Positions 26,168 through 39,500 of a stretch of DNA of 64,000 nucleotides are shown here, piece after piece. Location of the stretch: assembly GCA_951406725.2 (NCBI GenBank), contig OX597838.1:36704001-36768000 (forward strand). Direction: 5' to 3'. A program made the translations under genes and the position numbers. Position 1 is the first letter of the stretch; each line of letters begins with the position of its first letter. The notes under the pieces are model-generated. The model searched no databases and was not told where the DNA came from. It saw only the letters and a program-made list of their open reading frames with translations. This DNA is from Octopus vulgaris. Its lineage: Eukaryota.

Positions 26168-26560
26168 TGTGGTAAGTAGCTTACTTACCAACCACATGGT
26201 TCTGGGTTCAGTCCCACTGCGTGGCACCTTGGGCAAGTGTCTTCTACTATAGCCTCGGGCCAACCAAAGCCTTGTGAGTGGATTTGGTAGACAGAAACTG
26301 AAAGAAGCCTGTCGTATATATGTATATATATATATATATATGCATGTGTGTGTATATGTTTGTGTGTTTGTTCCCCTCCAACATTGCTTGACAACCGATG
26401 CTGGTGTGTTTACGTCTCCGTCACTTAGCAGTTCGGCAAAAGAGACCTATAGAACAAATACTAGGCTTACAAAGGATAAGTCCTGGGATCGATTTGCTCA
26501 AGTAAAGGTGGTGCTCCAGCATGGCCGCAGTCAAAATGACTGAAACAAGTAAAAGAAAAA
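26168..26560 (+). mobile_element. SINE family A, slightly 5'-truncated
   Basis: Family consensus from TGTGGTAAGTAGC to the tail. Confidence 0.9.
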
Positions 26561-26894
26561 GAAAAGAAGGAAAAGATAAATAGTTTTAAAAACAAACAGA
26601 GAAAATAAAAAAACATTTTAAAGAATCCTAATAGAAATCTAATAATTTAAATCCACATTTTGTGAATTGGTTGCAGATTTTTTTAGGCTTCCATTTTTTT
26701 TGTTTGATTTTTTTATTCTTATTCTTATTTCTGTTTCTTTCTGTGAGAAATGTCGAAAATTCTTTCAAAATTTGACACAGAATCATTAGTCTTTTGTTTT
26801 GACAAAAATAATTACAACATATATATATATATATCATCATCATCATCATCATCATCGTTTAACGTCCGCTTTCCATGCTAGCATGGGTTGGATG

Positions 26895-27044
26895 ATATAT
26901 ATATATGTGTGTGTATATATATATATATGTGTATATATATATATGCATATATATATATATGTATATATATATATATGTGCATATATATAGTGTATATATA
27001 TATATATGTATATATATATGTGTGTATATATATGTATATATATG

Positions 27045-27089
<45 letters not shown>

Positions 27090-27658
27090 ATATATATATG
27101 TATATATATATATAATGTATATATATATATTTATATATATATATGTGCATATATATATATATATATGTATGTATATATATATGTATGTATGTATATATAT
27201 ATGTATGTATATATATATGTATGTATTTATATGTATGTATGTATATATATGTATGTATGTATATATATGTATATATGTATATATATGTATGTATGTATAT
27301 ATATGTATGTATGTATATATATATGTATGTATGTATATATGTATGTATGTATATATGTATGTATGTATATATGTATGTATGTATGTATGTATATATATAT
27401 GTATGTATATATATATGTATGTATGTATATATGTATGTATGTATATATGTATGTATGTATGTATATATGTATGTATGTATGTATATATGTATGTATGTAT
27501 ATATGTATGTATGTATGTATATATGTATGTATGTATATATGTATGTATGTATGTATATACGTATGTATGTATATATGTATGTATGTATATATGTATGTAT
27601 GTATATACGTATGTATGTATATATATATGTATATATATATATGTATGTATGTATATAC

Positions 27659-27690
<32 letters not shown>
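26895..27690. repeat. (TA)/(TATG)n compound microsatellite
   Basis: Directly visible. Confidence 0.95.
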
Positions 27691-27695
<5 letters not shown>

Positions 27696-28293
27696 GAAAT
27701 ATGCTTAAGTTTCATTCTCATGCTTATCATCATCATCATCACTGCCACCACCGTCATCATCAGCATTGACATCATCATCGTAACCATCACTATCATCATC
27801 ATCATCTCCAAGACCATCGTAATCACATCTCCATCAACATTCGCCCTGTCATTGTCTGTATAATTGTCATTGTCCTCATTTTCATCATGAAGATCCTCAT
27901 CTCTGTGAACCTCATGGCCGTCATCACCAGCATCATCATAATCATCATCGTCGCCATCATTATCATCCTCATCATTTTATTCGTCACCACTGTCATCATT
28001 TTTTATTGCTTAAAAAAAAATCAACATCATTATCATTATCATCATAATCATCAACATCATAATTGTCATTAGTATTATCAATGGCAGTATTAAAAAAGAC
28101 AAGAATAATCACTCCCTCGCTCTTTCTCATTTTGTTCTCTCTCTCTCTCTCCCTTTTTCTTGTTCCCTCTCTACCTCTTTCTTGTTCTCTCTCTCTCTCT
28201 CACTCTGCCTTTCTCCAACTGCTCTGTTTCTCTTTCTCACCTTATGATTTTCTCCCATCTTACAAAATTATATAAACACTCATGCAAACATAT

Positions 28294-28335
<42 letters not shown>

Positions 28336-28540
28336 GTATAAATCTCAAAATAGAAAATTATTTTATTTTGAATTCAACTATGTTAAATATTTAAACTAAT
28401 TTTTCCTACTGTTTATATTTTTTCATATTCATATACATATATATATATATTCATATATATATATATACAGTTTTATGAACATATTCATATAGTAATACAT
28501 AATCATTTTTATATATATATATATAAATATATATATATAT

Positions 28541-28640
<100 letters not shown>

Positions 28641-28748
28641 ATATATATATATATAAATATATACATATATACTCATATATATATATATATACATACATAT
28701 ATATATACATACATATATATATATATATATATAAACATACACATACAC

Positions 28749-28779
<31 letters not shown>

Positions 28780-28976
28780 AACATACACATACACACACAC
28801 ATATATATATATACATACATACATATATATATATATATACACATATATATATATATAAATAAACATACAGACACATAAATATATTTATATATTTTGTGAT
28901 GTATTAATATACATATTGAGATATTTTTACATATATTTTCATTACTTAGACTTGTGTGTGTGTGTGTGCATGTATG

Positions 28977-29008
<32 letters not shown>

Positions 29009-29611
29009 TGTATGTGTATATATATGTGCATATATATATATGTATATACATATATATATTGTGTTATTGTATATTTATTCCTATATTTACATATATATAT
29101 TTATATTTACATATTTATTTTAAATAGATTTATATATTTTTATTTTCGTACGATTTTTATTTTAATATTTGATAGCAGTTTTTGGTTCCGTTCTTACTGA
29201 TTTGTTTATATATATATTTTTTTATTATTCATAATCATTTATTCATGTATGTATATTTATTTCTTATTGTTTTGTTTCTTTATTCATTCGCGCATTACAT
29301 ATATATTTTTGGTTACTTATTTATTTACTCCAGTTTAAAAGCAAACATTAAAAAAAAAACTGAAACAAACAGTAAATCAACACAAACGAACTAACCTTAA
29401 ATGAAAAAAAAAATTAAAAACGAACGAGTAAACCTCGGATCTAAAGATTAAAGATTCGTGAAAACTGGGGGAAACAAAATGCAAAATAATAGAGAAAAAA
29501 AAGTTATTTCAGAAACTCATGCATTTCCCATGATGCTTTGCAACCACTGTAGCATCTCTCTAGAATAATATATGACCATTAAAACCCATCTTGTAGCAAC
29601 GTAAAATAAGT

Positions 29612-29668
<57 letters not shown>

Positions 29669-30002
29669 CACACACACACATGCACATACATATTTATATA
29701 TATCATCATCACTGTTTTAACATATGTAATACTACTACTACTACTACTACTACTACTGCTGAAGGGACATGCTGGCAGAATTGTTAGCACGTTAAGGCAA
29801 AATGCTACGTGGCATATTTTATCAATCTTTGTGTTCTGAGTTCAAATTCTGCCGAGGTTGACTTTACCTTTCATCCGTTTTGGAGCTCAGTAAAATAAAT
29901 AGAATTTGAACACTGGGGTTTATGTAATTGACTTACCTCCTCTCCTGAAATTAATGGCCTTGTGCCAAAATTTGAAATCATTATTATCATTATTATTATT
30001 AT

Positions 30003-30465
30003 TGAGTGAGAGAGCAGTGCATGCCATCAAAGTGACACTGGGGTAAAATATATGAAGCCCAGTATACCCATCATGACTACTTGTCTGATAAGGGTACACC
30101 AGGCACGTGCATGACATGATGATCCCATATCAAGATAAACAGCACATGACCTTGCAGGTGGGGCCCAGTTAGAATTTTCTTCTATACGAGTAATCCATCC
30201 CGCTCAAATGGTCCTTGAATAAGGTTTGTTTAAGGATGATGAACAAAACACCCATGTTTCCAAAGGTGAATTATCCAAACCTCTAAGAATTCCTTTCAAT
30301 GCATGGCTATGATGCTCCCCTAATACATGGCTATGATGTTCACCCACTACACCAGCTCATGATCAGGGATGCACACATTATCAGCCACTAAGGGACATGC
30401 TCAAGTGGTTAAGGTCAAGCAACTGACAAGCAAACCTTTGGTATGGAGCAGAATATTTGCTATAA
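30003..30465. mobile_element. Interspersed repeat family E, truncated
   Basis: Matches 31800-32250; starts at an (ATT)n tract. Confidence 0.85.
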
Positions 30466-31292
30466 CGATATTTCTGCTTCAGCAACTCGGTTGCTGAATC
30501 TTTGAAATGTAATGGAAAATTGATCAGTTTCCAAACATTGATGTCCAAGGTCCCGAAAGCAAAGTTTAAAGAGAACAGCAATCATTTCCTTTGATTTCTA
30601 GATAGAAGCAAATAGGAAATAACACTGACCAAAGACAAAAAAAAATCTATTACAATTTTATTACACCTTGTTACAACTTTGCCTTTCATTCTTTCGGTCT
30701 TGATAAAATAAGTATCAGTTGAGTGCTGGGGTCAATGAAATTGACCTACCCTTTCTTTGAAATTGCTGGCCTTGTACCAAAATTTGAAATCATCATCATC
30801 ATCATCATTATCATTATCATTATTATGATTATTATTATTATTATTATTAGTGGTGCGGTTGTTGTTGTTGGTGAGCTGGCAGAATTAGTGGCATGCATCT
30901 TGTCCATCTTTATGTTCTGAGTTCAAATTCTGCTGAAATTGACTGCTGGGGGTCAATGTAATTGATTTACTCCCTTCTCTAAATTTGCCTGGGGCCAAAA
31001 TATGAAATCATCATCATCATCATCATCATTGTTGTTGTTGTTGTTGATTTGACTCATGTTTGGTCTTATTCTTGGTAGTGTCTATGTGGGTAGCAGGTTA
31101 CTACCAGTAACCTTAGGTACCTACAATCTTCCAATAGTCTTTCAAGTGCTTAGAACCCTCCTGATAATCTTTCCAGTTCCTAAGAGGAAAAACTTTCCAT
31201 AGAATTTCTGCAGGAACCATTTGTCTTCATCTTCACTTAGAGTTTCCAATGCATTATTTATTATAAGCACAACCTTTACAGTTTTCACACAT

Positions 31293-31383
31293 TTTATTAT
31301 TATTATTATCATTATTATTATCATTATTATTATTATTATTATTATCATTATTATTATTATTATTATCATCATTATCATCATGA

Positions 31384-31423
<40 letters not shown>

Positions 31424-31460
31424 CATTATTATTATTATTATTATCATCATTATCATCCTG

Positions 31461-31522
<62 letters not shown>

Positions 31523-31534
31523 CATCATGATCAA

Positions 31535-31567
<33 letters not shown>

Positions 31568-31599
31568 CATCATTATCATCCTGATCATTATCATTATTA

Positions 31600-31642
<43 letters not shown>

Positions 31643-31761
31643 CATTATTATTATTATTATCATCATCATTATCACAATGATCATTATTATTATTATTATT
31701 ATTATTATCATTATTATTATTATTATTATCATTATTATTATTATCATCATTATCATCATGA

Positions 31762-31799
<38 letters not shown>
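31293..31799. repeat. (ATT/ATC)n trinucleotide array
   Basis: Directly visible. Confidence 0.95.
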
Positions 31800-32357
31800 G
31801 AATGAGAGAGTAGTGCATGCCATCAAAGTGACACTGGGGTACACATATACGAAGCCCAGTATAACCATCATGACTACCCGTCTGATAAGGGTACACCAGG
31901 CACATGCATCACAACCTTATGTGCGCGACATGGTGATCTCATATCAAGATAAACAGCACATGACCTTGCGGGTGGGGCCCAGTTAGAATTTTCTTCTGGT
32001 TGGGTAGCCCATCCCGCTCAAAAGGTCCTTGATTAAGGGTTGTTTAAGGATGTTGAATAAAACACCCATGTTTCCAGAGGTGAATCATTCAGACCCCAAA
32101 GAATCCCTCTCAACACATGGCTACGATGCTCCCCCACTACTTCTGCTCATGATCAGAAATGCACATATCGTCAGCCATTAAGGGACATGCTCAACTGGTT
32201 CAGGTCAAACAACTGACAAGCAAATCTGTGGTATTGAGCAGAATATTTGCTGTAGCCCATCTTTTATACCAAGACAAAACAATGTACATGATAACACTTC
32301 CAATCAATTAAGATCAGAAGCCATGAGAGCCACTGCCTGGTACTGCATCAGGGCATT
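31800..32357. mobile_element. Interspersed repeat family E, ~560 bp, embedded in (ATT)n
   Basis: Longest of three copies; (ATT)n on both sides. Confidence 0.85.
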
Positions 32358-32364
32358 TATTATT

Positions 32365-32399
<35 letters not shown>

Positions 32400-32416
32400 C
32401 ATCATTATCACAATGA

Positions 32417-32447
<31 letters not shown>

Positions 32448-32526
32448 CATTATTATTATTATTATTATCATCATTATTATTATTATTGTGATCATTATCA
32501 TTATTATCATCTTCATCTCTTCACAG

Positions 32527-32694
32527 GGCCAAAGAAGCTCATTGTACATCAGACAACAGCTATGATAAAAACTTCAAACAGCATGAATCGTTTCGCCTTC
32601 ACGAATACAATGCGTCTAACAGCGCCATATGCTTGGACCGAAAGCTGAGAGAACACCAAGGCCAAACAGCTATAACAGTTCATAAAAAATACAG
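32527..32694 (+). CDS. Candidate 168-nt internal exon (phase 2-2) of an unidentified host gene
   Basis: Acceptor CTTCATCTCTTCACAG, donor CAG|GTAAGA, length divisible by 3, one fully open frame AKEAHCTSDNSYDKNFKQHESFRLHEYNASNSAICLDRKLREHQGQTAITVHKKY; unique, more balanced base composition. Confidence 0.65.
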
Positions 32695-32851
32695 GTAAGA
32701 ACTTCTTCCTTTTACCTCCAATTAAAGTTGCATTACCATTTTTTTTGTGTTTTGGTTTTGCTTATTTCTTTTAAGTCTGTTATGCACCAACTCGTGACAG
32801 ACTTCTTATGGATCTATGGTTACAACCTCCCTATTTTAAAGTGATCTAAAT

Positions 32852-32967
32852 TCAACCTTTAGCACACTGTAAGTGCATCATGTCATCGTATGAGTTTTCT
32901 CCCCAGTAGTAACAGGACAGTGGAAGGGGAAACAATTCTAGAGAACAGGTAATGTGCTAAAGGTTAA
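32852..32967. mobile_element. Tiny MITE with 13-bp inverted ends, TTAA-type site
   Basis: AACCTTTAGCACA...TGTGCTAAAGGTT, flanked TCAA/TTAA. Confidence 0.6.
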
Positions 32968-33599
32968 AATTTTCCATCAGAATTCCAATTTAATTTATGT
33001 TCCAATCACCGACTTCAAAATATGAAAATTATGTTATGGAATTCTTTATTATTTTCAAAGTTAATTGAAGGAAAGCCAGTGCATTGCAGCAGAAATAAGG
33101 ATCTAGAAGGGTTAAAGTGACCTAAGTTAAAATCTCCCTTCAAAATTCCTGTTGATTTATGGTTCAAACACCAGCTTTATGATGACAATGTTATTTCACT
33201 AAATTGTTCGTTATTTTCAAAATTAATAGAACCAAAAGCAATATATGCTAGCATAAATATGGTAACATATGGCTTTAAATCTCTTGTATAAACCATAACT
33301 GTTACCTTTTGATTTGCTTCAACGAGATTTTTGAAAAATAATTGGGTGATTCAAAATATATCCCTCCTCACAAATACTTTTGATTTGTGAGTTTTGCTGA
33401 TTAAGCTTGAGTCAGCCCTATTCAAGAAAAAACCATACAAAAAAGAAAAAAATGAAATGGTGTTTAAAAAATTCTTGCATTTCTCGTGATGATTTGCAAC
33501 TGCTGTAACATCTTTTTGTAATAATAATATATATGAATAATGAAACTATTTTGCTGTAAAGTAAAACCAGTTCTCTCATGGCATTATAGCCAGTATACC

Positions 33600-33762
33600 A
33601 TTTTCTATTTTCTCTCCCTGTTTATTTCTGTGTTCCTCTCTGTCGAGGAGCATAGGCTTGAAACCTAAAAGACTTTATCACTTCCTGAATGTTAAACTAA
33701 TATATCTGTTTGTTGTTTACACACCTGTCTTCGGCTATTTTTTTTCTTTGTAAATTCTCACT
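33600..33762 (+). mobile_element. Small (TA)-tailed element with a decayed hammerhead-like motif (33635-33672)
   Basis: CTGTCGA-G-GAGC(ATAG)GCTT-GAAAC-CTA-AAAGA; paralog at 38260-38422 and tail fragment at 14441-14500 (-). Confidence 0.6.
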
Positions 33763-33767
33763 ATATA

Positions 33768-34150
33768 TCTATTATATAAAATCTGTTCTATCTGTCTGTG
33801 TGTGAGTCTTCAAGGACCTCGGGCATCCTCCATCTGATTGTGTTCAAATTTGATATGTAGAGACCGATGGTATCAGGGCATGTATAAGTCTTGAAAAAAT
33901 TGCAAAAATCGATTCCAGGTGAGAATGCGATCAATAAAGCTGTGGGAACGTGCATTTGTAAAATCGTTTTTCTTGGAATAGAAAAAAGTCTATCTTTATT
34001 TCTTCTTTTGCTGGTGTCTCAAATTTAGGTTAAATCAATGTTTCTCAAAGGGAAGGCCTATGGGACGGTCGGACAAGTTGTTTTGAGAAAATTTGGTTTA
34101 AATGTTTGACAACTCAGCACCATCCATTGGACGGAGTGGGGGGCATTTTG
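33768..34150 (+). mobile_element. Probable 5' part of a second non-autonomous Helitron
   Basis: Starts A|TCTATTATATAAAA then TCTGTCTGTG, like the 5' end of the 21538-22417 element; no 3' hairpin/CTAG found, so the right boundary is approximate. Confidence 0.45.
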
Positions 34151-34155
34151 TTCGC

Positions 34156-34187
<32 letters not shown>

Positions 34188-34341
34188 ATATATATATATG
34201 TATAAATATATATATATGTATGTATGTATAAATATATATATATATATATATATGTATAAATATATATATATATATATGCATAAATATATATATATATATA
34301 TATATGTATAAAGCTACTTACCACACAGCCACTCCTGCGCC

Positions 34342-34750
34342 TGTGGCCGTAGCCAGTACCGCATCGACTGGCCTCCGTGCTGCGGGCACGTAACAAACAC
34401 CATCCGATCGTGGCCGTTCACCAGCCTCATCTGGCACCTGTGTCGGTGGCACATAAAAACACCATCCGAGCGTGGCCGTCTGCCAGCCTCGTCTGGCACC
34501 TGTGTCGGTGGCACATAAAAAACACCATCCGAGCATGGCCGTTCGCCAGCCTCGTCTGTCACCTGTGTCGGTGGCACATAAAATCACCCACTACACTCTC
34601 GGAGTGGTTGGCGTTAGGAAGGGCATCCAGCTGTAGAAACACTGCCAGATCTGACTGGCCTGGTGCAGCCTTCGGGCTCCCCAGACCCCAGTTGAACCGT
34701 CCAACCCATGCTAGCATGGAAAATGGACGCTAAATGAATGATGATGATGA

Positions 34751-34752
<2 letters not shown>
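34342..34752 (+). mobile_element. Retroposon family C with internal ~61-bp tandem repeats and (GAT)n tail
   Basis: About 3.5 units containing GGCACCTGTGTCGGTGGCACATAAAA, then GGCGTTAGGAAGGGCATCCAGCTGTAGAAAC...CATGCTAGCATGGAAA and (GAT)n; over 10 mostly truncated copies in the window. Confidence 0.85.
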
Positions 34753-34803
<51 letters not shown>

Positions 34804-35504
34804 TGTATATATATGTATATATATGTGTGTGTGTGTGTATAGTCCTCTGCCAGTCAGACAGTTTCCTTAGTGAATGTTCTCTGTTAGCAATATATAGAGA
34901 TATCTTAAAGTGGTGACCTGGTAGATTTGTTTGCATGCCAGGCAAAATGCTTACCGACATTTCATCCGTCTTTACACTCTGAGTTCAAATTCTGTCAAGG
35001 TTCATTTTGCTTCTCATCCTTTCAGGGTTGATAAAATAAGTACCAGTTGGATACTGGTCTCGATAATTGACTGATGTCGCTCCCCTAAACTGCTGGCCTT
35101 GTGCTAAAAGTTGAGACTAATATATAGAAATGTAGTACGCATTGATGGTCTGTTTCAGAGATTTGAAGTGTTTTTTCATATTCGGCATGAATCAAAAATT
35201 CTGGTACCATGTATTGCTTCTAATCAAAGCACTGCGTGTACATACACACACACATACATACATACATGCATGTATGTATGGCTGGCATGGGTTTGACTGA
35301 GGTCTGGAGAGCCAGTGGCTGCACCAGGCTCGAATCTGATCTGACAGTGTTTCTATAGCAGGATGCCCTTCCTAATGCCAACCACTCTGAGAGTGTAGCA
35401 GGTGCTTTTTATGTGCTACTGGCACGGGAGCCAGTCAGGTAGCACTAGCAGTGGCTACACTCAAAACAGTGCTTTTTACGTGTCACCAGCATAATTATAC
35501 ATAC

Positions 35505-35551
<47 letters not shown>

Positions 35552-35608
35552 TATACATACACATATATGTATATATATATATATATATACATACACATAT
35601 GCACATAC

Positions 35609-35652
<44 letters not shown>

Positions 35653-35749
35653 TTTATTTAAAGCAGCTTTAAATAAAGCATATTAATCTACCACTGGTAT
35701 TTGAGTACTCTTCTTTCCACCTTGTTTCACATTTATGTGTTTACTCCGG

Positions 35750-35792
<43 letters not shown>

Positions 35793-36174
35793 TACCACAA
35801 AGTCACACCTGTACCTACATATATATATGTATATGAGGTACAGGTGTGACTTTGGTAAGAAGCTTGCTTCCTAACCACATGGTTTTAAGTTCAGTCCCAC
35901 TGTGTGTCACCTTGAGCAAGTGCCTTCTACCATAGCCTCAGTTGTACTCGTGCAATATTCAAGCATTGCTCATTTGTGGAGCTACGTGGACAGCTGTTGT
36001 CTGCATGTAGAAGGAATGCAACAATCAGTTGAGTTCACTGCAAGGATTACCCTACCATCCACCCTTAACAATGCAGAGCAGATCTGTTTTTGCTACCGAT
36101 GGACACTGCTGTCCTGAGGCAATCTCTACAGGTATAGAAGTGTTTCTAGGCAGGACTGCCCAGGTCGCATGCTG

Positions 36175-36500
36175 AGTACTTACTTGTACTTGTGATGGTG
36201 TTCACCCAGGGTGGGTTGAGCCAGCTTCTTCTCTGGTCCTGACGGCATCACGAACCATGGCGGCCCACGCTCGACGTTCCTGTGCGAGGTCACTGGAGAC
36301 GGTGAGCCATTCGTGGTTCCATCTGCGCAGACCGACCACCTGTGGACCTGAGAGTTCGGAGAGGTCCTCCTTTATTTTTGTTGCCCAGGTCTTCAGCTGC
36401 CGACCCGTGCGTTTGCACCAGCTGGAAAGTGGAGGTGGGGGGAGGACATCGCAAATCAGCTCACCCTCTGGACACCGAGCCGCATGACCAAACCACGTGT
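36175..36500 (-). mobile_element. RTE-clade LINE 3' remnant
   Basis: WFGHAAR...KRTGRQLKTW...LAQERRAW: typical RTE ORF C-terminus; after the stop, a short 3' UTR and CAAGTA-type repeat tail. Confidence 0.85.
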
Positions 36501-37135
36501 TTAAACCGGCCATATCCGGCCCAATATATTCTACATGTTTTATATTCATATTGGCGATATCTAGCCTCTCACACCTAACCTACAATGTCATTCTAAAAAT
36601 AAACAACTACATCATTGAAACCTCAAAGCTATAAGATAATCCAGGATTGATTCAAAAGAATTTGAGTGAAAAAGTATTACATTTAACAGAGTAATCTGAA
36701 CACTAAAGGGTTAAGTGCCGTTGTAGAAGCACCGAAGGGAGGGGGGGCCAGAGATCCAGGTGATGATGAAGACTGGCTGTAGGAACCCGATCAATGCATC
36801 GGCAGCGAAGAATGCGGCAGACACAGTCATACTGAGTGATGAAGCAATATCTCATGCACCCCTGCGATACCCAGGCATCACTGAACCGTGAAATTATGTG
36901 GAACGACTGTTGCCTGCATGGAAAAGAAGTGTAACAATCAGCTGAGATTGCTGCCAGGGTTACCCCATCATCCACCCTTAACAAGGCAGAGCAGACAGTG
37001 TTCCTCTGTCTAGTGACTACAATGAAAAAGGGTTGAGTGGAGCATGTTGCAGAAAGGGTCAAGGAAAGACCCCTTCCTGTTCAGTCATGTCCTCGTTGAC
37101 CGTTTTAAGTCCCATTTAGGAATGAATGTGAGGAA

Positions 37136-37525
37136 GGCGCAGGAGTGGCTGTGTGGTAAGTAGCTTGTTTACCAACCACAAGGTTCCGGGTTCAGTCCCA
37201 CTGTGTGGCACCTTGGACAAGTGTCTTCTACTATAGCCTCGGGCCGACCAAAGCCTTGTGAGTGGATTTGGTAGACGGAAACTGAAAGAAGCCCATCGTA
37301 TATATATATATATATGTGTGTGTGTGTTTGTGTGTCTGTGTTTGTCCCCTAGCATTGCTTGACAACCGATGCTGGTGTGTTTATGTCCCCGTTACTTAGC
37401 GAGACCGATGGAATAAGTACTGGGCTTACAAAAGAATAAGTCCCGGGGTCGAGTTGCTCGATTAAAGGTGGTGCTCCAGCATGGCCGCAGTCAAATGACT
37501 GAAACAAGTAAAAGAGTAAAAGAGT
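37136..37525 (+). mobile_element. SINE family A, full length
   Basis: Family consensus. Confidence 0.92.
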
Positions 37526-38259
37526 AAGGAGAGGGGATTGCTTTCTCTCTCCATCAGTGAACTTGTAAAAAAGGAAACACACCCCCACATGGAAGACTTT
37601 CTTCTGTTAACATATTTCAAAATAGGGACCAATTGATGGAAATTGTTTTGTGTATGTGTGTCTGGTCAGGCTTGTAAAGTCAGCCACTAAAAAAGGAGGG
37701 AGAACAGTAAGTATAGAAAGGAAGAAGGAAAGGAGAGAGTGAGAGGAAGAAGAGAGAGAGACTCTAATAAGGATTTGGAGGTTTTTTTTTTTGTATTTGG
37801 CTTCAGTTGGAAATTCTGGAGTATACCAGACAGGAACACCGATCCGCACCCGTTCGTTGAGCCTCACGTCACCCTGGTGGGACCAGCTTCATGCGTGAGC
37901 GGCCTGGACTCCTATGCCTCACCGCTGGCACTGCTACCACACGGTGCTATGTGTGACAAACAAGAGTACCAGGCGACGCCACACCACTGATGCTGCCCAG
38001 GGGGGCTTCAGATGGACCCAACGGGTGAGAGGAAAACACTGGACTTGACAAGCGCCGATATGATGTCTGGCGCCGTGAATTATAGAAAGTATAGAATTAT
38101 AGAAAGCATAGAAAGGAAGAAGGAAAGGAGATAGTGAGAGGAAGAGGAGAGAGAGAGACTCTAATAAGGATTTGGAGGGTTTTTTTGTATTTAGCTTCAG
38201 TTGAAAATTCTGGTACCATGCGTTGCTCCTAACTATGTTTGACTGCTAAACCCACAAAT

Positions 38260-38422
38260 TTCTTTATTCTCTCTCTATGTTTATTTTCTCTTATTCCTTT
38301 CTGTTTAAGAGCATAGGCTTGAAACATAAAAGGCTTTCTCGCTTTCCCAAGTGTCAAACTAATACACCTGCTTATTGTTCACGCACCTGTCTTCATCTTT
38401 TGTTTTTCTGTAAATTTCAACT
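38260..38422 (+). mobile_element. Second copy of the 33600 element; decayed hammerhead-like motif at 38296-38333
   Basis: CCTTT-CTGTTTA-A-GAGC(ATAG)GCTT-GAAAC-ATA-AAAGG with a 5-bp stem I. Confidence 0.6.
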
Positions 38423-38737
38423 AGAAATTTGGAGTGGTTGGCGTTAGGAAGGGCATCCAGCTGTAGAAATATTGCCAGATAAGACCGGAGCCTGGTGCAG
38501 CCTTCTAGATTCCCAGATCCCCGGTCGAACCGTCCAACCCATGCTAGCATGGAGAACGGACGTTAAACGATGATGATGAAAACACAATTATTAATACACA
38601 AGAGTTGTCATTTTAGTAAATAGATAAATAAATAGACATACTATAATGTCTAAAAGTTGATGAATACCACCTATTCATCCCCTCCATTTTCTTATTGCTC
38701 TAAATATTTATATATGTATATATATATATATATATAT

Positions 38738-39085
38738 GTGAAGGCACGTGGCTCAGTGGTTAGAGCGTCGAGCTTACGATCGGGAGGTTGTGAGCTCGAA
38801 TCCCGGACCGGGCTGCGTGTTGTGTTCTTGAGCAAGACACTTTATTTCACGTTGCTCCAGTTCACTCAGCTGTAGAAATGAGTTGCGACATCACAGGTGC
38901 CAAGCTGTATCGGCCCTTGCCTTTCCCTTGGACAACATCGGTGACGTGGAGAGAGGAGGCCGGTATGCATGGGCGACTGCTGGTCTTCAATAAAAAAAAA
39001 AAAAAAACAACCTTGCCCAGACTTGTGCCTCAGAGGGTAACTCTCTAGGTGCAAACCCATGGTCAGTGTCTGACCGAAGGGGGAA
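38738..39085 (+). mobile_element. tRNA-derived SINE, family B-related head with a different tail
   Basis: GGCACGTGGCTCAGTGGTTAGAGCG head; TTGAGCAAGACACTTTATTTCACGTTGCTCCAGTTCACTCAGCTG shared with the 8440 and 45278 copies. Confidence 0.8.
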
Positions 39086-39104
39086 AGAAAGAGAAATATA
39101 TATA

Positions 39105-39500
39105 TGTGGCTGTGTGGTAAGTAGCTTGGTTATGAACCACATGGTTCTGGGTTCAGTCCCACTGCATGGCACCTTGGTCAAGTGTCTTCTACTATAACCT
39201 TGGGCTGACCAAAGCCTTGAGAGTGGATTTGGTAGACGGAAACTGATAGAAGCCCATCGCATATATATGTATATATATATGTATGTGTGTATGTTTGTGT
39301 GTGTATGTTTGTCCCCCCAGCATTGCTTCACAACCGATGCTGGTGTATTTACGTCCCTGTAACTTAGTGGTTTGGCAAAAGAGACCGGCAGAATAAGTAC
39401 TAGGCTTACAAAGAATAAGTCCTGGGGTCGATTTGCTCGACGAAGGGCGCTGCTCCAGCATGGCCACAGTCAAATGGCTGAAACAAGTAAAAGAGTAAAA
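39105..39500 (+). mobile_element. SINE family A
   Basis: Family consensus. Confidence 0.9.

Noticed and set aside
34400-34590. Regularly spaced repeats resembling a CRISPR array (also 58870-59070 and 63025-63136)
   Set aside because: Units are tandem with no unique spacers; eukaryotic context; no cas genes.
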